Of a stretch of DNA of 36,885 bases, positions 27,301-36,406 are shown in pieces (within the stretch, counting starts at the first letter, position 1; the number at the start of each line of letters is the position of its first letter). The stretch is from the NCBI GenBank assembly GCA_937900985.1, contig CALCGM010000113.1, positions 1 to 36,885 on the forward strand, read 5' to 3'. Source of the stretch: an uncultured Planctomycetaceae bacterium (GTDB taxonomy: Bacteria; Planctomycetota; Planctomycetia; Pirellulales; UBA1268). The notes beneath the pieces are model-generated. The model searched no databases. It was not told the DNA's origin and worked only from the letters and a program-made list of their open reading frames with translations. A program made the position numbers and the translations under genes.

Positions 27301-30300
27301 GGTCGTCGGCTCCTTTCCCAGCGGTGGCCCCACCGTTGCCAGCAGCCGCTGCTGCGGCCGGCGGAGACGCCTGAGGCTGAGGGCGGCGACGGGTGGCCGA
27401 CCCGGCAAGCCACAGCAGGCCCACTCCCGCCAGGCCAACCGCAAAGAACTGGTCGACAACCTGCATCGCCAGCATCGGCATCAGGATGCCGGTGGCCACG
27501 AGCCCCATTGCCAGCAGCACGAGCACCGCCAGCTTGGTGGACAACCGCGACCGCACAAACAGCAGGCCAATCAGCGTCAGGCCACCGAGCACGCCGCCGG
27601 TCACCAGCCGGTGATCGACCGCCACGATCGCCAGTGCCCCTTCAGGCGGAGCGCTGGGCCGCAGGGCAGTGAAGCGATACGACCGGCCATCGGTCGCAAA
27701 CGACCGCAGCCGCCCCTGATCGACCGGCAGGCCTTCGCTCACCCAGTTCAGCAGATCGCTGTCGTCGCCCTGCCGCCACGGAAGGCCGTTGAGCGCTGCG
27801 AAGAAGTCGTTCTGCTCGTTCGTCCAGGGGCCGCGTGTGTCCAGCACGGCACGTTCTTCCGGCAGCGCAACCACCAGCGACACCTTCTGCACGGCCGGCT
27901 CGGTGGCCACGCCCTGCTGCTCGGGAAACACCGGCAGCTCAAGCTCCGCGCACGTGCCAGGCAGGGTGTATCGCATCTCCACAAGGCTGGGCTGATCTGG
28001 GCCCTGCGAGACCAGCGGGATAAAGAGCTGCTCCCCTTCGCCACGCTCCAGCGGCTGCGGCTGGCCATTGATGGTCAGCATGTCCATGTCGAACTGGCTG
28101 CCAGCCGGGAGGATCACCGCAAGCCGCTGCAGCACGCTGCGAACGCGGTAGATCGCCTGCACGGTGATCTCGTCGCTGCGGGTGACCACCATCCGCACCA
28201 CCGCCCGCTCGATGCTCGCCCGCTTGACCTCCTCAAGCTCATACCGCGTGGCGGTCACGGTGAGATTCCAGGCGTCGGTAAACTCAAAGGCTCGGGCCGC
28301 ATCAGCCCCGGCCGCCCCTGGCATCAGATCGTGCTGAGGGTCGATGGGCCGCAAGCCGCTCAAGCCTGAGGCCGGACGGATGTCGAGGGTTTCGGCCTTG
28401 CTGATGAGTATCTGCCCCCAGGCCCGATCAACCCCGCGGGGGGTGAGCACCGGTAGGGGATACTCGCCGCTCTCCCCAACGGCCAGCTCCGGCACGACCT
28501 CCTCCCAGGTCAGCGGAATCACCAGCTGGCCGAGCAGCTCGCCTTCGCCGCGAAACTCCATGGCCACATCCCCCTCCGCCACGTCTTCCGGCTGAGGGTC
28601 GAGCAGGCTCTTGGTGAAGCCTGCGTTGACGGGGAGCCTGGCGATCGCCGCCACGGCTGCAGGAACATCGATCCGCAGGGAGCTGACTGGGCTGTAGGCC
28701 ACCTCAAAGGTGAACGTGGCTTTCGAACTGACCACGCCCGGCTCCACAGCAACCGCCAGCAGCTGGCGGGCCGTCACCTGCGGCCGTCGTCGCTCCGCCG
28801 AGAGCGTCAGGCGGGCAGCCTCCTGGGCATACGCAAACGCCATCACCTCTCGCAGCCCCGGCGCCCGACCGTCACGAACGCTCGGCAGCTCGCGGCGGGC
28901 ATCGGCCACCGCCACCTCCTGCAGCCTGGATCGGCCTGTTGCCGTCAGCTGCAGGCTCTCCGGCCCCAAGACCACGAGCCTGCCGCTCGACCGCCGCACC
29001 GGCGTGGCGATCGTCGGCAGCGGGATCTCGAGCGTGCTCGCTTCGCCAGTCGCCGTCAGCAGGTTGGGGTCGTCGAGCGGCCGAATCAGCGTGACCAGCA
29101 GGCCAACCCGGCCAATCGCCTTGCCGGCGAGGTTGACCGAAAGCCGTCTGCTGCCATCGTCAGCCAGATGAAAGGTGTCGACGCTCGCCGGCTGACTCTC
29201 GCCGAGCTGGCGGCCCTGCACCCGGCGAACCTCGTAGCCCTCAGGCACTGCGAGCTCCAGCTGAAACACGCCAGCGTCTTCGATGCCGAAGACCGTCGCC
29301 ACGTCGAGCACGAGCTGATTCGGCTCGACGTAGGCCTCGATCAGCTGCTGGGCCTCGATCCGCGGCTGCACCGCCTCCACGGTGAGCACGAGCGAAAAGG
29401 GCATCGCGGCTGCCCGGTAGGCAAAGTCCCACGGTGTCGAGCGGAGCGGTTCGGGCAGCTCGGTCGCGTCGAGCTGCAGCAGCCCATCGGTCACCGCCGC
29501 CTCACCACGAAGCTCGTCGGCGAGCCGCACCGCCACGACTCCCTGCTGTCGGCTCACCCCAACCGCCTGCACACTCGGGATCGCCAGCGACCTGAGGCTC
29601 TCTCCGTCAAGCAGCTGTTCGAGCTCAATCGAGAGCTGCTGCTGGCCCCGCACCGGCTCAAACAGCTCCGCCGTGATCCGCTGCTGCCCGTCGACGTCCG
29701 CCACATCCCACTGCCGCACATTCGGGTCGAGCACTCGCGTGATCTTCTGGCTCGCGGGCACGTCCACCACCAGCTGCGGCAGCTCGGCGCGGCTCACGCT
29801 GTAGGTCAGCTCGGCACGCGTCCGCAGGAGCCCCTCGTCGACGGTCACCTCCTGCCGCGACTGCACGCTGGCCACTGCCGCCATGCCCGAGGCACCCTCC
29901 GCCTTGGGTGTCCAGTCGATGCGGACGCTGGCAGCCGGGCCCACAAAGGCGAGCACCACCGTCTCGCCTTCCGAGGGCGGATTCGCATCGCCGCTGTCGG
30001 CAGGCACCTCAGCTGCAGCGAGCATCGGCTGCACATTGACGGTCACCCCCGACTGGGGCACCCGAATCCGCCAGCGGTTGACCGCCGCCCGCGGCGACTG
30101 AAACGACACCGAGTTCTGGCCCGGCGATTTGGTGAAGGCCTTGGAGTAGTCGAGGGTGAGCGTCAGGCTCCGCGGCGTCTCCTGATCATGCTCAACCAGC
30201 AGCGCGGAGCTGCCGTCGTCGGCAACCACCACGCGGGCTGGCTCACCATCGATCGTGGCCACACGCACCGCCGCGTCGGCCAGCCGCAGGGGGATTTCAT

Positions 30301-30706
30301 GCCAGCCCTTGCCGAGCAGCTCGATTGCCACCCGAGCCCGCACGCGGACGACGTCGGCCTCGACCGTCGCCTCGCTCTCAATGTCGGTGATCACCGCGCC
30401 AACCGGCGGCGGCTCGTCGGGAGCCGGCTCATCGGCCAGCCTCGCCTTCCGCCAGAGCTCCTGAAACTTCTCGTACGGGATGAAGACCCCGCGGCCATCC
30501 TCCTCAAACACGCCCCGCAGTTTGCGGTAGGGGATGTAGATCGTCTGCTCGCGGAGCGGCTGTTCGGCGGTCTCGTCCGCAACGGCGACCGGCTGCGGCG
30601 TCCCGCCATCCACCGCCGGCTGATCCTGCCCGAGGCCCACCGCTCCCCAGGCCAGCGAGAGCGCCACACCCGCCACAACGACCACACCACGACAGCAGCG
30701 TTTCAT
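27293..30706 (-). CDS. large membrane-anchored envelope protein, single-module paralogue of the giant downstream protein, 1137 aa
   Basis: ATG at 30706 is preceded by GGGGGAAAG and gives the signal peptide MKRCCRGVVVVAGVALSLAWGAVGLG. The ORF track opens at 30817. A ~1000-aa Ala/Val/Leu/Arg/Thr-rich ectodomain follows, then a C-terminal 3-helix hydrophobic cluster (about nt 27400-27610) and a short Pro/Ala/Gly tail. Confidence 0.8.
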   Translation of the reverse strand: MKRCCRGVVVVAGVALSLAWGAVGLGQDQPAVDGGTPQPVAVADETAEQPLREQTIYIPYRKLRGVFEEDGRGVFIPYEKFQELWRKARLADEPAPDEPPPVGAVITDIESEATVEADVVRVRARVAIELLGKGWHEIPLRLADAAVRVATIDGEPARVVVADDGSSALLVEHDQETPRSLTLTLDYSKAFTKSPGQNSVSFQSPRAAVNRWRIRVPQSGVTVNVQPMLAAAEVPADSGDANPPSEGETVVLAFVGPAASVRIDWTPKAEGASGMAAVASVQSRQEVTVDEGLLRTRAELTYSVSRAELPQLVVDVPASQKITRVLDPNVRQWDVADVDGQQRITAELFEPVRGQQQLSIELEQLLDGESLRSLAIPSVQAVGVSRQQGVVAVRLADELRGEAAVTDGLLQLDATELPEPLRSTPWDFAYRAAAMPFSLVLTVEAVQPRIEAQQLIEAYVEPNQLVLDVATVFGIEDAGVFQLELAVPEGYEVRRVQGRQLGESQPASVDTFHLADDGSRRLSVNLAGKAIGRVGLLVTLIRPLDDPNLLTATGEASTLEIPLPTIATPVRRSSGRLVVLGPESLQLTATGRSRLQEVAVADARRELPSVRDGRAPGLREVMAFAYAQEAARLTLSAERRRPQVTARQLLAVAVEPGVVSSKATFTFEVAYSPVSSLRIDVPAAVAAIARLPVNAGFTKSLLDPQPEDVAEGDVAMEFRGEGELLGQLVIPLTWEEVVPELAVGESGEYPLPVLTPRGVDRAWGQILISKAETLDIRPASGLSGLRPIDPQHDLMPGAAGADAARAFEFTDAWNLTVTATRYELEEVKRASIERAVVRMVVTRSDEITVQAIYRVRSVLQRLAVILPAGSQFDMDMLTINGQPQPLERGEGEQLFIPLVSQGPDQPSLVEMRYTLPGTCAELELPVFPEQQGVATEPAVQKVSLVVALPEERAVLDTRGPWTNEQNDFFAALNGLPWRQGDDSDLLNWVSEGLPVDQGRLRSFATDGRSYRFTALRPSAPPEGALAIVAVDHRLVTGGVLGGLTLIGLLFVRSRLSTKLAVLVLLAMGLVATGILMPMLAMQVVDQFFAVGLAGVGLLWLAGSATRRRPQPQASPPAAAAAAGNGGATAGKGADDHA

Positions 30707-30939
30707 CAGCTTTCCCCCACCGCAGACAAGGCTTCCCACGCACAGATCCCTCGGCTGTAGCCTAGTTTCGAGGCGTCTTCGGTGCGACGTTCGGCCTGAA
30801 AACCGTCGCGAGCCCAAGCGGCGGCCCCCCTCAGTCGCTCAGGCAGCTGAAAAAGTTCCCCGCCGCCTTCCGGCAGGCAGACCAGCGAGCGACAGACGCC
30901 CGCAGCTTGCGAGCAGCCCCCGGGCCGCGGAGCCTTCGG

Positions 30940-32277
30940 TCAGATCCGCAGGAAGAGCTTGCGGCGGGCCATCCAGAAGAGGATCAGCCAGTAGATGGCG
31001 AGCACAGCTCCGCCGGAGACGAGAGGCTCGTAGGCGTCGCCGGCCATGTGGAAGAGCTCTTCTCCCAGGAAGGTCTGGAAGTTGCTCCGCAGGAAGCCCT
31101 CGATCAGGTGGGCGATCATGTAGGCGGCAATCGAGTTCATGCCGATCACCCGCAGGGGAAACGACCAGGCGGCAAAGCCGGTCATGTCGTTGAGCAGGTA
31201 AAAGCCGGCCAGCAGCAGGAAGCACCAGCCGCCGCTGACGAGCACCCACGATGGCGTCCAGATCCGCTTGACGCTCGGGCAGATGCCGAAGTGGTCGAGG
31301 GCGAGGCCCGCCCCCAGGCAGACGCCCCCGGCCACGATCATCATGCCGAGTTTCGCCCACGACGTGCGATTGGAGAGGAGCCAGCCGCCGGCAATCAGCC
31401 CGAGCAGCGACGTGCCGAGCGTGGGGATGAAGCTCAGCGTTGCATAGCCGCCGCTGTTGAAGAGAAAGGGCTCGGCCCGCGGGAAGAGGTTGAGAAACCA
31501 GGTGTCAAACTTCCAGGCGAGGTTGGCGTTTTTATTCCAGTGGGCGGCGAGGCCCTCGCCGTGCTCCGTCCAGCCGTCGTCCACGCCCACAGCGGCATAG
31601 TCAAAGTCGGCCGGTGGGGCCGGGAAGAGGGCAAACGCTCCCCAGGTGCCTACGAGGATCACCAGCAGGCTGATCCACCACACGCGTTTGGGAGCAAGCG
31701 AGATGAGAAAGAGCGGAAAGTAGCCGAGGCCGATCTGCGTGAGCGTGTCTTCAAAGGTGAAGTTCGGTTGCTCACGGCCGAGCGACCGCAGCCAGATGCC
31801 GAGCACCGTCAAGAGCACGGCCCTCCAGGCGGCATGCACCACCGTCCAGCCGAGGGCGTCGCCCCGCGAGCGGCGATGGTTGAGCGAAAGAAACACGCTC
31901 ACTCCAACGAGAAAACTAAACGACGGCTGAATCAGGTCGTGCAGCGAGCAGCCGCGCCACGGCACATGGCTCTGGTGATGGGCGAGAAACCGCATCACCG
32001 AGCAGTCGCCGATCGCCTCGCTCACGCGGCTGAAGTGCAGCACCTCCGCCATCATCAGGAGCATCACAAAGCCGCGATACGCATCGACCGACGCCAGCCG
32101 CTTCCACGGGGCAGGCTTGTCGGCCGCGACCGACGCATCAGGCGGCGGGGCGTTGGCTGCGGGCGGCTCTGCCGGCGGAGGCGGGGAGGCTGGTACCGCC
32201 CCCGCAGCCGGTTCGCTGGCAGCATCTTCCAAGAGCCGCTCATACGCAAACGCGTTGCCGCTGTTCTCGGTGTCCAT
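30940..32277 (-). CDS. polytopic membrane acyltransferase-like protein (heparan-alpha-glucosaminide N-acetyltransferase-like, DUF1624/DUF5009-type), 445 aa
   Basis: A Pro/Ala-rich N-terminal tail is followed by KRLASVDAYRGFVMLLMMAEVL, the family's R-x-x-S-[LV]-D-x-x-RG motif at the start of TM1. About 10 further hydrophobic segments follow. ATG at 32277 is preceded by GGAGGA (32283-32288). The ORF track starts at TTG 32280. Family call is by motif only. Confidence 0.65.
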   Translation of the reverse strand: MDTENSGNAFAYERLLEDAASEPAAGAVPASPPPPAEPPAANAPPPDASVAADKPAPWKRLASVDAYRGFVMLLMMAEVLHFSRVSEAIGDCSVMRFLAHHQSHVPWRGCSLHDLIQPSFSFLVGVSVFLSLNHRRSRGDALGWTVVHAAWRAVLLTVLGIWLRSLGREQPNFTFEDTLTQIGLGYFPLFLISLAPKRVWWISLLVILVGTWGAFALFPAPPADFDYAAVGVDDGWTEHGEGLAAHWNKNANLAWKFDTWFLNLFPRAEPFLFNSGGYATLSFIPTLGTSLLGLIAGGWLLSNRTSWAKLGMMIVAGGVCLGAGLALDHFGICPSVKRIWTPSWVLVSGGWCFLLLAGFYLLNDMTGFAAWSFPLRVIGMNSIAAYMIAHLIEGFLRSNFQTFLGEELFHMAGDAYEPLVSGGAVLAIYWLILFWMARRKLFLRI

Positions 32278-32398
32278 CAAGGTCCTCCGCGTGGATCCTT
32301 CATGAATGCCGCTTGCACCACAGCAAGCCGATCGCGTCGAGATGCTATCACAGCCAGCAAGCGGCCGCGCGACAGCCTCGCCTGAACGCCGGTCTGCC

Positions 32399-33874
32399 TC
32401 AGGCCAGGATCTCGCTGACCACCCGTCGCTCTTCGACGCCGCTGAGCCGTAGGTCGAGGCCTTGAAAGGGGACGGTCAGCCGCTTGTGGTCGATGCCCAT
32501 GCAGTGCAGCACGGTCGCATGCAGGTCGTTCACATGCACCGGCTGATCGACGATGTTGTAGCCGTAGTCGTCGGTTGTGCCGTAGGTCCTGCCCCCCTGG
32601 ATGCCGCCGCCCGCCATGAAGATGGAGAAGCAACGGGGGTGGTGATCGCGGCCGTAGGTTTCGTTGGTCAGCGTGCCCTGGCAGTAGACGGTGCGTCCAA
32701 ACTCCCCGCCCCAGATGATCAGCGTGTCGTCGAGCAGCCCCCGCTGCTTGAGATCAGCAATCAGGCCTGCCGTCGGCTGGTCCACATCCTTGGCCTGCTT
32801 CGACATGTGGTCGGGCAGGTTGTCGTGCTGATCCCAGCCCATGTGGTAGAGCTGGATAAACCGCACGTCTCGCTCAGCCAGGCGGCGGGCGAGCAGGCAG
32901 TTGCGGGCGTAGGTGCCGGGCTTGTGGACGTCGGGGCCGTACATGTCGAGCACATGCTCCGGCTCGTCGGCCAGATCAACGAGTTCTGGCACCGCCGACT
33001 GCATGCGGAAGGCGAGCTCATACTGCTCGATGCGGGTGGCGATCTCCGGATCGTGGAGCCGCTCGAGGGCGTGCTGATTGAGCCCCCGCAGGTCGTCGAG
33101 CATCTGGCGGCGAATCTGCGGCGGGCAGCCCGCGGGATTGGCGAGATAGAGGATCGGCTCGGCAGCCGCCCGCAGTTTCACGCCCTGGTAGCGGGAGGGC
33201 AGGGGGCCGCTGCCCCAGAGACGGTCGTAGAGAGGCTGGCCCGCAGCCCGGCCCGTGCCCCGCGACACCATCACCAGAAACGACGGCAGGTTGTCGTTGA
33301 GGCTGCCGAGGCCGTAGGCGATCCAGGCCCCCATGCTCGGCCGGCCCGCCAGCTGGCTGCCGGTCTGAAAGAAGGTAACTGCGGGATCGTGGTTGATCGC
33401 CTCGGTGTGCATCGAGCGGACCACGCAGAGCTCGTCGGCCTGCGCGGCGATGTGCGGAAACAGTTCACTGATCCAGGTGCCGCCGCTGCCGTGCTGCGTG
33501 AAGGCAAACTTCGAGCGGGCCACCGGAAAACTCGACTGCCCCGAGGTCATGCCGGTCAGCCGCTGCCCCATCCGCACGCTGTCGGGCAGTTCGGTCTCAT
33601 GCAGCTCGGCAAGCTTTGGCTTGTGGTCGAAGCTCTCAAACTGCGAGGGCGCCCCCGACTGAAAGAGATAGATCACCCGCTTGGCCCGCGGGGCGAAGTG
33701 CGGCAGCCCGGCAAGGCCGCTGCTGGCGGTGGCGGCATGCGTCGAGCGGCCCGCCAGCGACGCCATCGCAAGGCTCCCGAGGCTCAGCCCCGAGCGGCCG
33801 AGAAACGTGCGGCGGTTGGCCGGAAAAGCAGCCGCCGTGCGATCGTGGGTCATCAAGAGGTCTCCGTTGCTCAT
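32399..33874 (-). CDS. DUF1501 domain-containing protein, Tat-type signal, 491 aa
   Basis: NRRTFLGRSGLSLGSLAMASLAG (twin-arginine), YLFQSGAPSQFESFDHKP, WDQHDN, GGEFGRT ... GRDHH ... GGGIQGG. ATG at 33874 overlaps the upstream stop (ATGA). The alternative ATG at 33853 has GGAG upstream. Confidence 0.9.
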   Translation of the reverse strand: MSNGDLLMTHDRTAAAFPANRRTFLGRSGLSLGSLAMASLAGRSTHAATASSGLAGLPHFAPRAKRVIYLFQSGAPSQFESFDHKPKLAELHETELPDSVRMGQRLTGMTSGQSSFPVARSKFAFTQHGSGGTWISELFPHIAAQADELCVVRSMHTEAINHDPAVTFFQTGSQLAGRPSMGAWIAYGLGSLNDNLPSFLVMVSRGTGRAAGQPLYDRLWGSGPLPSRYQGVKLRAAAEPILYLANPAGCPPQIRRQMLDDLRGLNQHALERLHDPEIATRIEQYELAFRMQSAVPELVDLADEPEHVLDMYGPDVHKPGTYARNCLLARRLAERDVRFIQLYHMGWDQHDNLPDHMSKQAKDVDQPTAGLIADLKQRGLLDDTLIIWGGEFGRTVYCQGTLTNETYGRDHHPRCFSIFMAGGGIQGGRTYGTTDDYGYNIVDQPVHVNDLHATVLHCMGIDHKRLTVPFQGLDLRLSGVEERRVVSEILA

Positions 33875-36345
33875 CGGCTCACCGTCTCATCGAGGTTGAG
33901 GAGCACGGTGGCGACGGCGGTGAGCGCCGCGAGCTCTGGCGTGCGTTGATCTTCGGGAATCGGTGAGCCGCCGTGTGCGAGCAGGGCGATCGCGTCATCA
34001 GGATGCTCACCGTAGTAGGCCGCATAGTGCTGATAACTCCGCGCAAGCGCCGCCTGCTCAGCCTCCGCCGGCTGGCGACTCGTTGCCAGCTCGAAGCCCA
34101 GGCGGAGCTGCTCACGGAGATCACTCCCCGCCTCGTCCTGCATCCGCTCCGCCAGGTGCGCGGCAGCCTCGGCATAGGTCGTGTCGTTGAGCAGAGCAAG
34201 CGACTGCAGAGGCGTGTTGGTCGTGCCGCGTTTGGCCTGGCAGATCTCCCAGCTTGGCGCGTCGAACGTGGCGAGCGTCGGATGCGAGACCGTCCGCTTG
34301 CGAAACGTGTAGAGGCTGCGGCGGTAGAGGTCGTCGCCTTCGGAGAGCACATACGGCCCGCCGCTTGCGCCTCCGGCAAGCTCATCCCAGAGGCCGTCCG
34401 GCTGGTAGGGCTTCACCGAAGGCCCGCCGATGCGGCCGGCGAGCAGGCCCGACACCGCCAGGGCGTTGTCACGAATCATCTCCGCGGAGAGCCTGCGGCG
34501 GGGCCCGCGAGCGAGCAGCCGGTTGCTGGGATCGCGGTCGCGGAGAGCTGGCACCACCGCTCCGGTCTGCCGGTACGTCGCCGAGAGGGCGATCTCCCGC
34601 TGCAGCGCCTTCACATCCCAGCCGCTCTCCACAAACCGCACCGCCAGCCAGTCGAGCAGATCGGGATGGCTCGGCGGGTCGCCCTGCACGCCGAAGTTGT
34701 CGGCGGTGGCCACGAGCCCTTGGCCAAACATCTGCTGCCAGATGCGGTTGACCATCACTCGCGCAGTGAGGGGGTTGGCCGAATCGACCAGCCAGCGGGC
34801 AAGCCCCAGCCGGTTCTTCGGCACCGCCTCGCCAAGCTCTCCCAGCGACACAGGGATCTGCGGCGAGAGCGTCTCCGACTCCTCCGGCTGGTCATACTGT
34901 CCGCGGTGCAGCAGGTAGGTAGGCCGCACCTCGCCGCGGTCTTTCATGATCATCGTGGTCTGGATCGCCGCGTTGAGCTCGTTCCGCTGTGTGGTGAGGG
35001 CCTCGGCCTCCGCCTTGAGCTCTGCGAGCTGGGCCTGCGGGGCGTCGTCGGCCTCAAGCACGGCCTCCGACGCCTCTGCGTTTTCGTCTCTTGCCTCTGC
35101 CTCAGCCGCCTTCGCCTCGGAGGCCGACGTCGCCGCTGCGAGCCGGGCCGACACCTCAGCGAGCGAGCGATCCAGCACCGCGAGCTGCTCGGTCTGCTCG
35201 GGGGTGGGCAGCGAAATCATCGGCGGCACGTTGCCCCGCCGCTCGTTGTAGACCCCCTGCTCATCAACATTGTTGAAGAAGGCAAAAAACTGATAGAAGT
35301 CGCGGCGGCTGACGGGATCGTATTTGTGGTCGTGGCAGCGGGCGCAGCCCATCGTCAGGCCGAGAAATGCTGTCGAGGTGGTTTCCACACGGTCGACCAC
35401 GTTCTCCACCCGCCACTCTTCATCGATCGAGCCGCCCTCGGTGACCATGCGGTGGTTGCGGTTGAAGCCGGTGGCAATCAGCTGCTCCTGCGTGGGCTCG
35501 GGCAGCAGATCACCGGCAAGCTGCTCAAGGAGAAACTGATCCGCCGGCATGTTGGCGTTAAACGCGCTGATCACCCAGTCCCGCCAGGGCCACATGCTGC
35601 GGTTGAAGTCGTTCTGATAGCCGTTGGTGTCGGCGAAGCGGGCGATGTCGAGCCAGTCGGCCGCCATCCGCTCGCCGTAGTGGGGCGAGGCCAGCAAGCG
35701 ATCGACCTGTTTCTCAAATGCATCGCTCGACACGTCGGCCGCAAACGCCGCGAGTTCGGCAGGCGTCGGCGGCAGCCCCGTCAGATCAAACGACACCCGC
35801 CGCAGCCACTCGCCGCGGCTGGCCGGCTCGCTCGGCTCAAGGCCCTCGGTGTTCAAGCGGGCCCACACGAAGTGATCGATCGCGGAACGCGGCCAGGCCG
35901 TGCCTTCGCTGTCTGGCACAACTGGCATCGCTGGTGGCACAAACGCCCAGTGGCGTGCCCAGGGAGCCCCCTGATCGATCCAGCGACGCAGCAGTGCGAC
36001 CTGTTCGGCCGTCAGCTGCCGCTCCATCTCTGGTGGTGGCATGCGGAGGTCGTCATCCGTGCTCTCGATCCGCTTGATCAGTTCACTCGCTGCCGCGTCG
36101 CCGCGAACAATCGCGTGCTCGGTCGCGGCCTCTTCCGTGTCGAGCCGCAGGTCCGCCGCCCGCTGCTCGGCATCAGGCCCGTGGCAGGCAAAGCAGTTGC
36201 TCGCCAGGATCGGCAGGATGTCGCGGGCAAAGTCGACCGGCTGCTCGCGAGATGCGTCAGCAGCCCAGCTGCCGGAGAACCCGGCGGACCACACGCACAC
36301 CATGGCGAACAAGGCACCCACACGGCTGCGATGGCGGCAGTTCAT
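33871..36345 (-). CDS. planctomycete cytochrome C (PSCyt) + DUF1549 + DUF1553 (PSD1) domain-containing protein, 824 aa
   Basis: Signal-like N-terminus, then [24 protein letters not shown] (CxxCH, PSCyt-type), [30 protein letters not shown] (DUF1549-type), a coiled Ala/Glu-rich linker and a DUF1553-like C-terminal half ([14 protein letters not shown]...[13 protein letters not shown]). Confidence 0.9.
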   Translation of the reverse strand: MNCRHRSRVGALFAMVCVWSAGFSGSWAADASREQPVDFARDILPILASNCFACHGPDAEQRAADLRLDTEEAATEHAIVRGDAAASELIKRIESTDDDLRMPPPEMERQLTAEQVALLRRWIDQGAPWARHWAFVPPAMPVVPDSEGTAWPRSAIDHFVWARLNTEGLEPSEPASRGEWLRRVSFDLTGLPPTPAELAAFAADVSSDAFEKQVDRLLASPHYGERMAADWLDIARFADTNGYQNDFNRSMWPWRDWVISAFNANMPADQFLLEQLAGDLLPEPTQEQLIATGFNRNHRMVTEGGSIDEEWRVENVVDRVETTSTAFLGLTMGCARCHDHKYDPVSRRDFYQFFAFFNNVDEQGVYNERRGNVPPMISLPTPEQTEQLAVLDRSLAEVSARLAAATSASEAKAAEAEARDENAEASEAVLEADDAPQAQLAELKAEAEALTTQRNELNAAIQTTMIMKDRGEVRPTYLLHRGQYDQPEESETLSPQIPVSLGELGEAVPKNRLGLARWLVDSANPLTARVMVNRIWQQMFGQGLVATADNFGVQGDPPSHPDLLDWLAVRFVESGWDVKALQREIALSATYRQTGAVVPALRDRDPSNRLLARGPRRRLSAEMIRDNALAVSGLLAGRIGGPSVKPYQPDGLWDELAGGASGGPYVLSEGDDLYRRSLYTFRKRTVSHPTLATFDAPSWEICQAKRGTTNTPLQSLALLNDTTYAEAAAHLAERMQDEAGSDLREQLRLGFELATSRQPAEAEQAALARSYQHYAAYYGEHPDDAIALLAHGGSPIPEDQRTPELAALTAVATVLLNLDETVSR

Positions 36346-36406
36346 AGTGGTGATCGACTCCCTGACAGCTCGTCTCGTTGCGATCGCATCCCCGTTGCTC
36401 CTGAGT

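Noticed and set aside
20593-30760. Series of 400-770-aa plus-strand ORFs (20593..22902, 22975..24852, 25444..26130, 26266..27672, 27083..28369, 29168..30760) antisense to the two giant genes
   Set aside because: All are R/H/P/G/L-rich, fragmentary and in shifting frames. The minus strand keeps single uninterrupted frames of 3.4 and 7.8 kb with signal peptides, TM clusters and internal paralogy.
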